A stretch of 64,000 bases of DNA, taken from positions 1,426,001 to 1,490,000 of the forward strand of contig NC_043006.1 of the NCBI RefSeq assembly GCF_006345805.1. Reading direction: 5' to 3'. The position numbers and the translations under genes are program-made. This document shows, piece by piece, positions 14,019 through 25,529 of the stretch. Origin of the DNA: Octopus sinensis. Taxonomy: Eukaryota. Positions within the stretch are counted from its first letter, which is position 1, and every line of letters begins with the position of its first letter. The notes under the pieces are model-generated. The model did not search any database, was not told the origin of the DNA, and worked only from the letters and a program-made list of their open reading frames with translations.

Positions 14019-14932
14019 GTTACGGTTTAAGTGCTTTCCACCAAAGATTTGCTTGATCGCGGTTGTATTGAGGCCAAGCAATAACAACAGCAACAATAAC
14101 CCGTTTCCCCTAAAAATATATTAGACCCCGTGTCTAATCAAGAAAAACTAGCATGTTGTAGAATGAAATTGACGATCGATAACACTTGCGGTAGCAGCAG
14201 GAGTAGCAAGAGTAGCAGTAATAGCAAAGTAATCGATTAGCAACAACAAAAAAAAACTAAATCGTCTCCACTGCCACCAACACCACTATTTACAACAACA
14301 ACAACAACAACAACAGTGATCTCGATATTATGTTAATATGAATCAGTCCTATTTCTCTGTCGTGTTATTAATTGATGTTCAAAGGAACAAGCAGTCTCCA
14401 AACAACACCGACAACAACTGAACTTCTAAATTAATTGAATAGTCACTCAGTTTCCCTTTCATTTCATCAATGCTTGTATTCTTCTTTTTTTTTATATATG
14501 CTTTTTGGTGATTCCGTCTTGTTTTGTTTTTGTTATTTGCCCGGATAAAATAACATTTGCAGTTCAATAAAAATTAATGTTTATTTTTTAATCATAGTTT
14601 TTCTGCTTTTCCTAGGAGAATTGTTTAAAACATGGCTATTTAATCGAGTTCAAATATTAAAGTTCTTGTTACAGTTGTTCTTGTTTTACCCAATGATCAG
14701 TTCTGATTAGACAGACATATGACACGTCTGATACTTCTAGTATTTGGGACAAATGATACATCAGGAAGGTCTCGATGTGTAGAAGTTACTCAAAGAATAA
14801 ATAAGGCTAAAACAACATTTGTATGAACGAAAAAGATTTTCACTTCGAAAGATATAACACTGCATCTAAAATTCAGGCCAGTAAACTTATGCAATGCCAA
14901 ACGCCTTCTACGAGACAGAAACTTGGGCGATA

Positions 14933-15113
14933 GGCGCAGGCGTGGCTGTGTGATAAGAAGCTTGCTTCCCAACCACATGGTTCCGGATTCAGTCCCACTG
15001 CGCGGCACCTTAGGCAAGTGTCTTCTACTATAACCACGGGCGGGCCAAAGCCTTATGAGTGGATTTGGCTGACGGAAACTGGAAGAAGCCCATCGTGTGT
15101 ACATATATGTATG

Positions 15114-15144
<31 letters not shown>

Positions 15145-15201
15145 TTGAGTGTATGTGTGTGTTAGCCCCCTTTCCCCCGGAGTCATTGCTTGACCACCGA
15201 T
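14933..15201 (+). mobile_element. Family A SINE, 5' part
   Basis: ggcgcaggcgtggctgtgtgataag...gcttgaccaccgatg. Confidence 0.9.
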
Positions 15202-15409
15202 GAAGTGCCATTTCAGTTCATTGTATGTGTTTCTTAAAATTTGCAAAGATATTGATATTATTTACCTTTTTTTACTGAGATTTCATTATTAACGTACAGT
15301 TGCCATCTTATTTTATTACATCATATTTCTGGACATAATGTCTCCCATGAGGAGATCCTCCATTGGTCGAAAGATTATCACAATCTCTGTGTGATAATCT
15401 TTCGACCAA

Positions 15410-16694
15410 AAAATACTGGCTCCAAAAAACAGCACTGCACAATTAATGAGCAGCTGCTGCAGAACCTTCCTGGAAGTCCTCACATCAGTCATAAGTCAGA
15501 TGATACAATCCCGATCCGGAAGAGGTGGTAAATTACCCAACAGAATTTCTCTCAATTCATTGCAACCTCCAGGACTACTTCTCCACAGATTGGAACTTAA
15601 AACGAGAACCTTAGTAATGTCATTGAGGAATTTGGGACCACCAACACTCTGCAATGGGACACGCCTGGTGTTAAAGAGATGATACCACATGTTATTGGAG
15701 AAAAGGAGAGGATGTTTCCAGACTCAGGATTCCTCTCATTCCATCGAAAGCAGAAATTCTTTTTCCATTCAGAAGAGTGCAATTTCCTATTCTTATCAGC
15801 TTCTTAACGTCTATCAATAAACCCCAGGGTCAAACCCTGTCTGTGATAGGACTTCACTTGGAAGAGTCGTGCTTCTCACACGGGCAATTATATGTTGGCT
15901 GCTCTAGAGTGGGAAGCAAAAAAAATCTGTTTGCATTTGTTCCTCAGGGGAAAACAATGAATATTGTTTACCAAGAGATTTTGGAAGTATAATTACATCC
16001 TACGATGCGCTTCAGTATCCACTGCTGAATGGCGAAGATGGATACCATTTCGGCGTAATACCAACAAACCCGAAGACATCATCACCAACAAAGCAGTTTC
16101 CTGCATGGACTTCAGTATCAAAGCATATTCTCCAATTGCTCCCCCTTAACCACGCGGTAAGCCTTATTCTTTCAAGTAATTCATTACTCCATATTCTCGT
16201 GTGACTGCAGAGGCTCAGTTTGTCGTTTCTTATTCTGCAACCACACCAGCAATCCAATGCCAATCCTTCGCTTTCTGCAACATTTCAACGGTTCACTTCC
16301 CCGTTGCCATCTCTCATTGCAGTCGCTTTCTGGAATGTACCAATTTACGTGCAATAGCTCCATTACACCCACATTCATTCAACTGCCAACCATACCATGG
16401 TTTGTGTTAGACGCAGCGCCGACCACCGCAAAGGAGACAGCTTTTCTACTGACAGCTTTTCAGTGCGTTCAAAAATCACTTAACCCCCATCTCCAATTTT
16501 CCATGACAGGTTAGGCCCTGGCGTCCACCAAACGGACGCATGACATGTCACTTAGTCAAATTAGCCCATCATTTACTCCACAAATGTTTTGTTGTCGATG
16601 CTGCACTTTCCTGTATCACATGTTTCAACGTAACTATAATATATCTACAAACTAAGCCATTTTAATCCCGAGCAACACCGGGTATTTCTGCAAG
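15410..16694 (+). mobile_element. Internally deleted and rearranged Helitron
   Basis: PIF1 helicase C-terminus (NSLQPPGL..LCNGTRL..; QFP..SINK.QGQTL..CFSHGQLYVGCSRV) at 15450-15990; YDALQYPLL..GEDGYH at about 16000-16050; 3' hairpin CCCG..CGGG at 16667-16682 then CAAG|T (CTAG consensus). Confidence 0.9.
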
Positions 16695-17420
16695 TAAAAG
16701 AATAAAATAATGCACGGAGTAAAAGATAGAAGCCTTTGGGACATAGATGATCCTTTGCAGATTTGTCAGTACAAGCTGTGACAAATGCTGCAATACTAAA
16801 AAAAATCTGAAAATCTAAGGACACGTATCATCCAGAATCAAGTTCACAAAACTCTCATATTTTGAACACACAATCCACCACAAGCCACTGTCCATGACAA
16901 CCCAGTCAGGAGGTTTTGAGAGGGATACAGCAAGAGGCTGTCAAAGACTCTTGTTTACTAATGGCATCAAAGAACGGATTGAAAGCAAGTCTGCCAGCGC
17001 AACCCATAAATAACTGGATAGCCTCGGCAAGCCGACACCTAGGCACAGGGAGGGTACCTGACGATTAGTGGTGGCGGTGGTGAAGGAAGAGGAGCAGGAG
17101 GACACGTAGATAGTCTAATGATTAGGCACGATACTATACTGGAGCACTTAAATTGATGAATCTTCTACAAGTTTTAGTTGAGAGCGTTCACTTGTCCAAT
17201 CAACTGAAAGCATAAACCTTAAAGCATAAACCTCACATAAGGTTCTGATCTTGTGTTAAACGACTGTATCATTAACATCAAGATCATTAAATGTAAATAG
17301 TCGTGATACATATTTAGATATCTTAATTTAATTTAAAAATTGTGTTTGCCCCAATCGTCAGGAATATCATGTGTTATTAGCAAAAGGGTTAAAAAGTCGG
17401 ATAAAAGTACACATACAATA

Positions 17421-17517
17421 TAGTATTATTGGACGCTCAGGAAAGAAAGAAAGAAGGAGGGTTTAAAGTTTCGAGCGGAGCTCTTCGTCGGAAACATAGG
17501 AGAAGGGAAGACAGAGG
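17421..17517 (-). mobile_element. Penelope-type 3' tail fragment (H1 family) with a degenerate hammerhead
   Basis: Reverse complement gtttCCGACGAAGAGCTCCGCTCGAAACTTTAAAC; same family as 33601-33770. Confidence 0.8.
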
Positions 17518-17987
17518 AAAAAAAATCCCAGTTCACTACAGTTAGAAGGTTGGCATCTTATCTAGTAGTCAGCTATGATTCTTACTGATCGACCACAGTT
17601 CAAATTATTCCGTTATTTTTCATCCATCAGTGAAATTGTAAAAACTGAAATGAACCAACTAAAGCCAAAGAAAAAGAACTGTTATTATGTAATACTGTTT
17701 TCTAAAATTATTTTGCTGACCGTTTTGAACTTTGAACTAGAATCGAGTGTAATGTTTTAACTTTTAACAGAAATGACATTTTACACTCTAATTTATATGA
17801 TTTGTGTGACGTTTTCATGAACCAATCTGTAAGGTATCGTAGACGAAAAAACTTTCTTAGAGCTTCTCGACTTTACTAAATGAACAAACACTGAAACTCT
17901 AAACAAAGGAATTGGCAAATAAATCTTTAATGAATGGACAGTTCACTGGTAATAAAGTTATTTCCAGACAGTGAAAGATCGCGGGGC

Positions 17988-17989
<2 letters not shown>

Positions 17990-18037
<48 letters not shown>
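17990..18037. repeat. (TTA)n microsatellite
   Basis: Directly visible. Confidence 0.97.
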
Positions 18038-18038
<1 letters not shown>

Positions 18039-18569
18039 TCCTTGTTTCCTTCCTAAAAGCCACAATTCAATTAGTTTGAACAGTTAGTGAAACAATTCAA
18101 GAAATAGCTTTTATTTTTAATTATTCATTAGCGCTCACTTTGTTCAGTCGGTAATGTTTTAGAAAATAGGTTGTTTCTATCTGTGAAAGAAATTGTCGAA
18201 AGTACAATGAATGTTTTACGAACTTCGTATCCTAAACGGGAGAATAGGAATAACTGAGTAAAACAAGGATGTTGATTTATTGATTGGTTGGTCAAAGTAC
18301 GGAATTCTATTCACAGATGTTACGTTTTGTACGTTGGAAAGGGCGTTTAGATTTCTTGTCTGTGTATTTAAAAATGAGAGTGCAATCACTAGATTCGTTA
18401 AAAGAGTACATCTAAACTTCAGAAATTCCCCTTTCACTTATTCAGAAGTGGGCTTTAATTAACCATGTAAAATTTTAGAACGACTATTCCAATGTGCATA
18501 TGATATAATGTTCATGAAAATAAGGAGTAGGCTGTGTTATTTTAGCATGTTGAAAAATCAGTTTCAAAT

Positions 18570-18962
18570 TTTTGCACAAGGCCAGAAATTTCGGGGGATG
18601 GTGTGAGCCGATTACATCGATCCTAATGATAAGCTGGTCCTTATTTTGTCGACTCCGAAAGGATGAAAGGCAAAGTCGACCTCGGCGGAATTTGAACTCA
18701 GAACGTAACGGCAGACGAAATACCTATTTCTTTACTACCCACAAGGGGCTAAACATAGAGAGGACAAACAAGGACAGACAAACGGATTAAGTCGATTATA
18801 TCGACTCCAGTGCGTAAATGGTACTTTTTTAATCGACCCCGAAAGGATGAAAGGCAAAGTCAACCTCGGCGGAAGAATTTGAACTCAGAACGTAACGGCA
18901 GACGAAATACGGCTACGCATTTTTTGCAGGCGTGCTAACGATTCGGCCTGCTCTTCGCCTTA
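18570..18962 (-). mobile_element. Family B SINE, dimer (head-core-tail1-core-tail2)
   Basis: Two GACCCCGAAAGGATGAAAGGCAAAGTC-type cores joined at gacgaaatac|ctatttc (about 18723). Confidence 0.92.
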
Positions 18963-19221
18963 GCATGTTGAAATATTGGTGTAAAATTTTTGGCGCAAGG
19001 CCATCAATTTCGGGGGAGGAGGCTAAATCGATTAGATCGACCTCAGTACTCAACCGGTGCTTATTTCAATTTTAAAAATCAGTTATTCTCCTTTGACAAT
19101 TCTTTATTTTCTTGATTCACACATAAATGCATTTAAAAAATAGTGTAGTATGCATGTTAAAATGTTTAGTGTTATGAGTAAGCATTGTTGAAGATAATTC
19201 TTTTATTATTTCAATATGCTT

Positions 19222-19450
19222 AAGGTTGCGATCTGGCAGAATTGTTGTCATGCCGGGTAAAATGCTTAGCAGCATTTCGTCCGTCTCTATGTTTTGAGTT
19301 CAAATTCCGACGAAGTCGATTTTGCTTTTCATTCTTTCGGGGTTGAAAAAATAAGTACTAGTTGAGCGCCGGGATCGATGTCATTGACTAGCCCCTCCTC
19401 GCTTCCCCACAAATTTTCAGGCTTTGCTCTTTTAGTAGAAAGGATTATTA
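19222..19450 (+). mobile_element. Family B SINE, tail-2 type
   Basis: gagttcaaattccgacgaagtcgattttgcttttcattctttcgggg...ccccacaaattttcaggc. Confidence 0.85.
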
Positions 19451-19459
19451 GCAAATATA

Positions 19460-19762
19460 TGTTTGACCCTTCTCGAGTCATGCTTGGCCCATTAGGACCG
19501 GTTTCCCGGTTTCCTTGGCGTATAGGTTCCTCACCCGGACGGGAAACCGGTCCGTCGCAGGTGAGCTGCTAGATGCAGGAGGAAAGAGTGAGAGAAAGTT
19601 GTAGCGAAAGAGTCAGCAGAAGTTCGCCATTACCTTCTGCCGGAGCCGTGTAGAGCTTAGGTGTTTCGATCATAAACACACACATCGCCCGGTCTGAGAT
19701 TCGAACCCGCGATCCCTCGACCGCGAGTCCGCTGCTTTAGCCACTAGGCCATGTGCCGCCAC
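19460..19762 (-). mobile_element. Family D SINE (tRNA head plus Nin/Deu-like 3' domain)
   Basis: Minus strand GGCACATGGCCTAGTGG..GGGTTCGAATCTC head; CCTGCGACGGACCGG..GGAAACCGGGAAACCGG..GGGCC resembles the Nin/Deu domain (from recall). Confidence 0.85.
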
Positions 19763-20644
19763 ATTAGCAAATATAGTAATAGCAATATTCCTCAGTGGTT
19801 TTGACATTTGACTTTAAACATTCCGTGTTCGAATTATAGAAAGGCTATTTTCTAAAATGGTATCTATTTGTCGGTAGCAAGTGAGGCTATCAATTCCAGA
19901 TAACCATTAATAAGTTATCTGCTGCAAAAACTTTGCAACTTGCCTCTGGATTATTTGTAGCAGGTCATTCGCAATATGTTAGGTTGTTAGAGGTCATCAC
20001 CAGCAGGTCCTTAGCGACATAACCTATGAGAGGTCATAAGCAACAGATGACTTTCCCATAGTCGTATGAAGTTACCTATAATAAGGTTAATTGTCTGATC
20101 ACCGGCAGATCTTTTGTAATAAAGTGATTCCGTTTGTATTTGTTGTCATTTGTTAATGAGATGATACAACGTATGGCTAATTGTATTTGGGTTGTACATC
20201 ATATATAAGGTGGTAGACACATAATCAACCTAGTCCGGGACTCAATTATCATTCAAAGGTATTTCACTTATTCAATTAATTCCTTTGGGAAAATTATAAA
20301 CATCGCAAAATCCACTGCGTCTGCGATAGCGTTGATCACTAAAGACAAAGCGACTGATTCTATTTCTCTCGCTTATGTATAGGATAAATAAATTTTACAC
20401 ATAAATACAATGTAGGAATGGAATGAGTCATCGAACATAAATTCAATACTGGATCTTATTTCTTTCTTTTAGCGTTCATTTCTTTCTATCTTTTATTGAA
20501 ATACGAAAATGTTCGTAATTCCACCCGAAAGACGTGTAATCTATGAAAATAACTCGTTTGAAGGACACTGCTCTCAAAACAACGTTGCAAATATAAGAGT
20601 TCAAGATAGAAAGATACTGATTTTGTAACATAAGTAGAATAATT

Positions 20645-21160
20645 AAGGTAGTAAGCTGGTAGAATTGTCGGATCTTTACCTTTTGACCAACAGATTTATA
20701 AAATATTTTTTTGTAACTAAACACTTTCAAACTTCGGACACTGGTAGAATTTGTCATATAAAACATCTTTTACTCTTAGCATTTTTGAGAAAAACTTATA
20801 GTTACGAAGTTATTTCACGTTAAAGTAGTCGTATTTTGGTAATTTCAACCAATCAATGGCGTGTATTCAGCTGAATAAAATTACTGCCGTTGTTTGTCAA
20901 CAACAACTATCGGCGGTGTAGTTTTCGTTTGTCACTGTTATTTATGACACCCTAACCCTAAAACTAACACTGCGTCGAGCAAAATACTTAGCAGAGTTTC
21001 ATCCGTCTTTACGTTCTGAGTTCAAATTCTGTCGGGGTCGACCTTAACTTTTATCATTTCGGAGTCGATAAAATAAGCACCAATTGAACACTGGGGTCGA
21101 TGTAATTAACTTACTTCCTCGCCAAAACTTGCTTACCTTGTGCCAAAATTTGAAACTAAT
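20645..21160 (+). mobile_element. Family B SINE interrupted by a truncated MITE (20670-20972)
   Basis: Head gtaagctggtagaattgtc, then GGATCTTTACC MITE sequence, then B resumes at gcgtcgagcaaaatacttagc. Confidence 0.8.
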
Positions 21161-21202
21161 ATAAGTAAAACAAGAACAGTCAGAGAGCGCAAACCTCCGC
21201 CA

Positions 21203-23496
21203 ATGTTTCTTTAATTTGGCACTAGGGCCACAACACAGAGGGGTCACTACAAAGGCAAACACAACACCACAGTGGAGACAAAAACATAAAACGAATGAAA
21301 ATGAAACGTTATATAAAAATGAAAAATGAAACGGCTGCATGGGCCCCAGTCCCACGCAGTATTATTTGAACGTTTATATAAACTATTTACAATCGTTCTA
21401 TTTTTCTTATTGTTTTTTTCTTAATCTCGTTTTTTCCTCTTTTTTAAAATGAAACAATTTTACTTTTTCCTTCTTTCTTCAATAAAACAATTTTACTTAC
21501 TTTTTTCCTTTTTAATATCTCATGAAAGGTTCTAAATCTTTCAGCTCCACTAGAGGTGCCAATTCATCGAACTCCACCTTCGCTCCTGGCGCGTCAATCC
21601 CTTCTCCACACATGTCTTTTAGTCTGTTGTAGGTGTCCTTGTCGACCACAATGGCTTTTTACATTCTCGGAATACACATCCGTGGCCAACTTTACTCTTA
21701 TATAATATGTTTAAACTTTAATACTTTCTTTTCAGTTTCTTTGCTTTTTGCGTACGTCACGAAATTCCATCGAGATTTTCCTTTCCTAATTAGTTTTCTT
21801 TTTTCCTGCTCCGTTCCTGGTACCATCTTCTTTTCTTCCACCACTCTGAACAGTCTCTCCAGTTGCGTTTCTATTTTTCTCCCTCCACCGGAACAACCGG
21901 TGCTCTCACCAATGTCTCCTCCTCATGCAACTCCTCTTTGAACACCTCCTCAAGTTCCTTTTCGCTTATTTTATCCACCACCATTTATGAACGTGTCGTA
22001 TCTTTCGATACTCAATATTACACATTTTTCTTCTTCCTTAAAATTCTCCCTTATTACTCCTCTCCATTTGGATATCCTCCTTTCCATCCTTTTAACGTAT
22101 GCTTTGTTTTTCAACCCGTGCTTTATCTTGTCTTCCACCGATTCTTTCTCTCTTGGTTCCGTCTCTACTGTCTGCGTCTGCTAGAAAATAGGCGGCTCCC
22201 CACCTTTTGGGGGCGTCCTATCTGGTTCTACTGCTGGTCCCTGCGAATCTTCTCTTGATTTCGCTTTTTTCCTCCTTTTGGGGCTGACAAACCCGTCGCT
22301 CTCCTCCTTTGCCACTTTCGTTCCGTCTCCCTTCGGCTTCACTTCCTCTGCATCTCTGGCGCACCCCTTATCACTTTTGCCATCTCCGTCTTCCATTGCT
22401 TCAATCGGTACACCAATCTCCGCTTCTTCTAGGTCTTTCTACACAGCCTTCTCCTCTGAGAAGGCTTGTGCTCGGGTCCCTGCGTACTCATGTGACCTCT
22501 CACTCCACATTCGTAACAATTCGGTTGACGACCCTCAACAATTACTTTGAGGGAACTTTCTCCCGTAATCTCTATTTGGTAGGGGGTCCTCTCAATGTCA
22601 TCGAAAGTGGAAAAAGCCACATTTCGACACCGCATCCCCACCATTTTAACACGCTCGTTCTTCCCACTGGTCCCAATTCGGGACTTTCCTCGGTGGCAGC
22701 CAGAATAGCTGCCACCAACCAATGTTTTTACTTCTAGTGGCACTCTCCCAATTCTAATCCGAACACTACGTCTGCCCCTATACGTAGGCCGCAGCGTCAC
22801 CTTGTCAGATCGTAAAACAGTGATGGAACGTGAGGCCGCCTCTTCTTTGGTGGAAAAGCTCACCTCCACCGTGCCATACTTTTTCTCCTGGCTTACGAAA
22901 GTTTTCATCAGGGGTCCCAAGCATTCCTCTACATCGTCTTCTGATAGTATTTCAATTTTAATGGTGGCGACCGCTTGCGTGCGGTACACCATCGTCCTAC
23001 CGCTCTTATCGTTGACCGCTTCCTCTGGAGGGATCAGCTTTATTGCGTCTCCCTCTCTTTGCACAAATTATTCACTTCTTATAATATCGTCCATATTCAT
23101 TGTTATCTGCTTCGCCTCCAACGACGTAGTTGCTCCAACTGCAGCCGTTTTGCATGGCTTTCCATAATGAAAAGCGAACTTTTCACACACACACCCTCCC
23201 AATTGAGAAAAAACATTAAAAAACAACAGCAAAAAAACAATTAAGCGCAAGTCGCTTCAACAATAATTTTCAACAGTGATATAAAACAATTTTAACAACT
23301 GACAGTCTCGAAGAGAAAACCTTCAACAATCCAACCGTGGTCGAAAACGACGAGATTCCAGCAAACAAGTTGTTACTCTGAGACAGCGACGTCCCTTTCA
23401 ATGATTTGCCAGAGATGATTTTTAAAATGAGAATATCTGAAATAAATCCGACTGCTCTCACAAACGAGAATACTAAAAATGAACTCGACCGCTCTC
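21203..23496 (-). mobile_element. ORF1-only L1/Tx1-like element (HAL1-like)
   Basis: 211-aa ORF 22429-23064 with an RRM-like region and the knuckle CYECGVRGH; decayed E/K-rich continuation; 3' tail styled like the Tx1-like tail at 45135; no APE or RT motif recognised. Confidence 0.65.
22429..23064 (-). CDS. Retroelement ORF1-like nucleic-acid-binding protein (RRM-like plus zinc knuckle), partly decayed
   Basis: ORF track 211 aa; VIVEGRQPNCYECGVRGHM. Confidence 0.7.
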   Translation of the reverse strand: MQREGDAIKLIPPEEAVNDKSGRTMVYRTQAVATIKIEILSEDDVEECLGPLMKTFVSQEKKYGTVEVSFSTKEEAASRSITVLRSDKVTLRPTYRGRRSVRIRIGRVPLEVKTLVGGSYSGCHRGKSRIGTSGKNERVKMVGMRCRNVAFSTFDDIERTPYQIEITGESSLKVIVEGRQPNCYECGVRGHMSTQGPEHKPSQRRRLCRKT

Positions 23497-23540
23497 AAAA
23501 ATTAAGATTTAAAAAAACGGAAAAATAATCCAGAATCCTT

Positions 23541-24292
23541 ATATAATATATAGAGAGAATACCAAACGAGTTCCCTATGGATACCGTATTTATTACAACG
23601 AGTGGCTTGTAAACGTATCTAACGAGCGAAAGCGAGTTAGATACGTTTACAAGCCACGAGTTGTAATAAATACGGTATCCATAGGGAATGAGTTTGGTAT
23701 TTTATTTATTACACACGAATAAACGACCATATTTTATTAACCCAATAACTAAATTCTTCACATCGTGTTGAAGTGCGCATGAATACAGCTTGATTTCACG
23801 TCAGTGACGTCACAATGTGTAACTGTAAAAGATGTCATGCCGCAGGAAGATAGTCCGACTTTATAGCGCTAAGTTTTACCATCAATCTTAACAAAATCAT
23901 TCACCTTGATATCGACAACAGTAGCCATCTTGTTGATAGATCTACCTGCACTGCAAGAGTATCGACGAGCAGACGAAATATGTTGTGATTTTTTTGGCAA
24001 CAAAAAATTGAAATACCACCAGAAATGTTTATATTTTATGTGTATATGACTTTAAGTGATATCTGTTATAAAAATGATAGTATGTTTATTTAATTACATG
24101 GCTACATTCTACCTGCTCATGAAAGTAATGAATGAAGTTTAGTTGTAACTTATGAATGACAAAAGTAGTGCCGTCACCGTGACCTCGGGTCATCACCATG
24201 GATTGACCAATCAGAAGCAGCGCTCGCAGTATCTGACATATGTTAGATACCAAAAATATCTCAAAGTGTTCTCACTCACATGTGTGTAATAA
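23541..24292. mobile_element. CryptonV-like non-autonomous element
   Basis: 144-bp terminal palindrome with centre CGAGCGAAAGCGAG; 11-bp asymmetric inverted repeat TTATTACACAC 23706-23716 / GTGTGTAATAA 24282-24292; TTGACCAATCAGAA near the right end; TA-rich flanks. Class assignment is from recalled architecture. Confidence 0.6.
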
Positions 24293-25295
24293 TATGATAT
24301 AATATGATATATTATAATATAATATGATATAAGGGAGGTAATCAGAGAAAGACTTGAAAGACTCCATGTAAAATAAATATAACAAATAATCCAGAATCCT
24401 CGTCCAGTACCGGATCGATCCCAAAATCTAATCTGTTCGTGCCACTCACAAGGCCAAACATCCCTGAAAGCTTCATCCGAATCCATCCAGCGGTTCTTGA
24501 GAATATCTTGCCCACGGACAAACAAACAAACAAACACAACTGAAAACAATACCTCCGACTTCGTTAAGACGGAGGTAATAAACCTGCGCCACTGATTTCC
24601 GGAGACTTTTTCCTCTTGAACTTTATTGCATATTAGATAATGTGGTCATGAGTAATGTTTGTCCAAACATATCTATTAAACAATTGACCCAGTTAAACTT
24701 AAAACAACAGTGTCCCTCCGTCTTACCAAATTACATATTAGTCACCCAATCTACAATTGGTGACATTTACGTACCAAAATATAATGTTAGATAAATTAGT
24801 TGAAACTTTAAAAGGTCACCAGCCTTATCGATATTATAAATATTTTAATAACTTTGAGCTCGCGTAATTTCATAGCATTTTTTTTTCTCCGTAATTGGCA
24901 GTACTCGTCCAACTACGATAAAATCTTTATCCGAAGCTCATAATATTAGTCTCATTGACATTTCGTGACGACATCGTTCGTGTGTAAATATAATGATACG
25001 ATAGCGTCTCATGTGTGTAATATATTAAGTTAAAAAAAGGTTCGATCAGCTGAGATTACCGAAACAATTAGTAGACAACAATTCCCTCTGCGGTTGCTTA
25101 TTAAAAGCCAACAAGGAAGTTAACTCCAATAAACTCGATCGAAAGTTTTGAGCAATATACACAGTACGGGTTGGAGGGAAACTCAACTTTTAAAGCCAAC
25201 CAGTAAAAGACCGAAAATCATTTGCCCCAACCCCTGTTGATCGCCAGGCCATTCTAGCATGTTGTGATTAAGTTGAACTTAGTATAAGTCCATCT

Positions 25296-25529
25296 AAGGC
25301 GGCGAGCTGGCAGAAACGTTAGCACGCCGGGCGAAATGCTTGGCTGTATTTCGTCTGCCGTTACGTTCTGAGTTCAAATTCCGCCGAGGTCGACTTTGCC
25401 TTTCATCCTTTCGGGGTCGATAAATTAAGTACCAGTTATGCACTGGGGTCGATGTAATCGACTTAATCCGTTTGTCTGTCCTTGTTTGTCCTCTCTGTGT
25501 TTAGCCCGTTGTGGGTAATAAAGAAATAG
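25296..25529 (+). mobile_element. Family B SINE, full-length monomer with 14-bp TSD (reference copy)
   Basis: TSD GTATAAGTCCATCT at 25282-25295 and 25530-25543; A-box-like GGCGAGCTGGCAGAA, B-box GAGTTCAAATTCC, Meta-like core GCCTTTCATCCTTTCGGGGTCGATAAA. Confidence 0.95.

Larger units (their letters stand above)
21167..24579. mobile_element. HINE/pearl-like (Helentron-associated) host element split by two nested insertions
   Basis: Left end aaaacaagaacagtcagagagcgcaaACCTCCG; internal AAATAATCCAGAATCCT at 23523 and 24384; (CAAA)n; right hairpin TACCTCCG..CGGAGGTA at 24550-24577. Confidence 0.6.

Noticed and set aside
18170-20400. Further possible decayed exons at 18170-18480 and 19800-20400, also 34150-34390, 40660-40990 and 49830-50140
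   Set aside because: The translations look protein-like but I could not match them to any motif or find convincing splice pairs, so they were not annotated.
20950-20961. CCCTAACCCTAA as interstitial telomere
   Set aside because: Only two units, lying inside a MITE.
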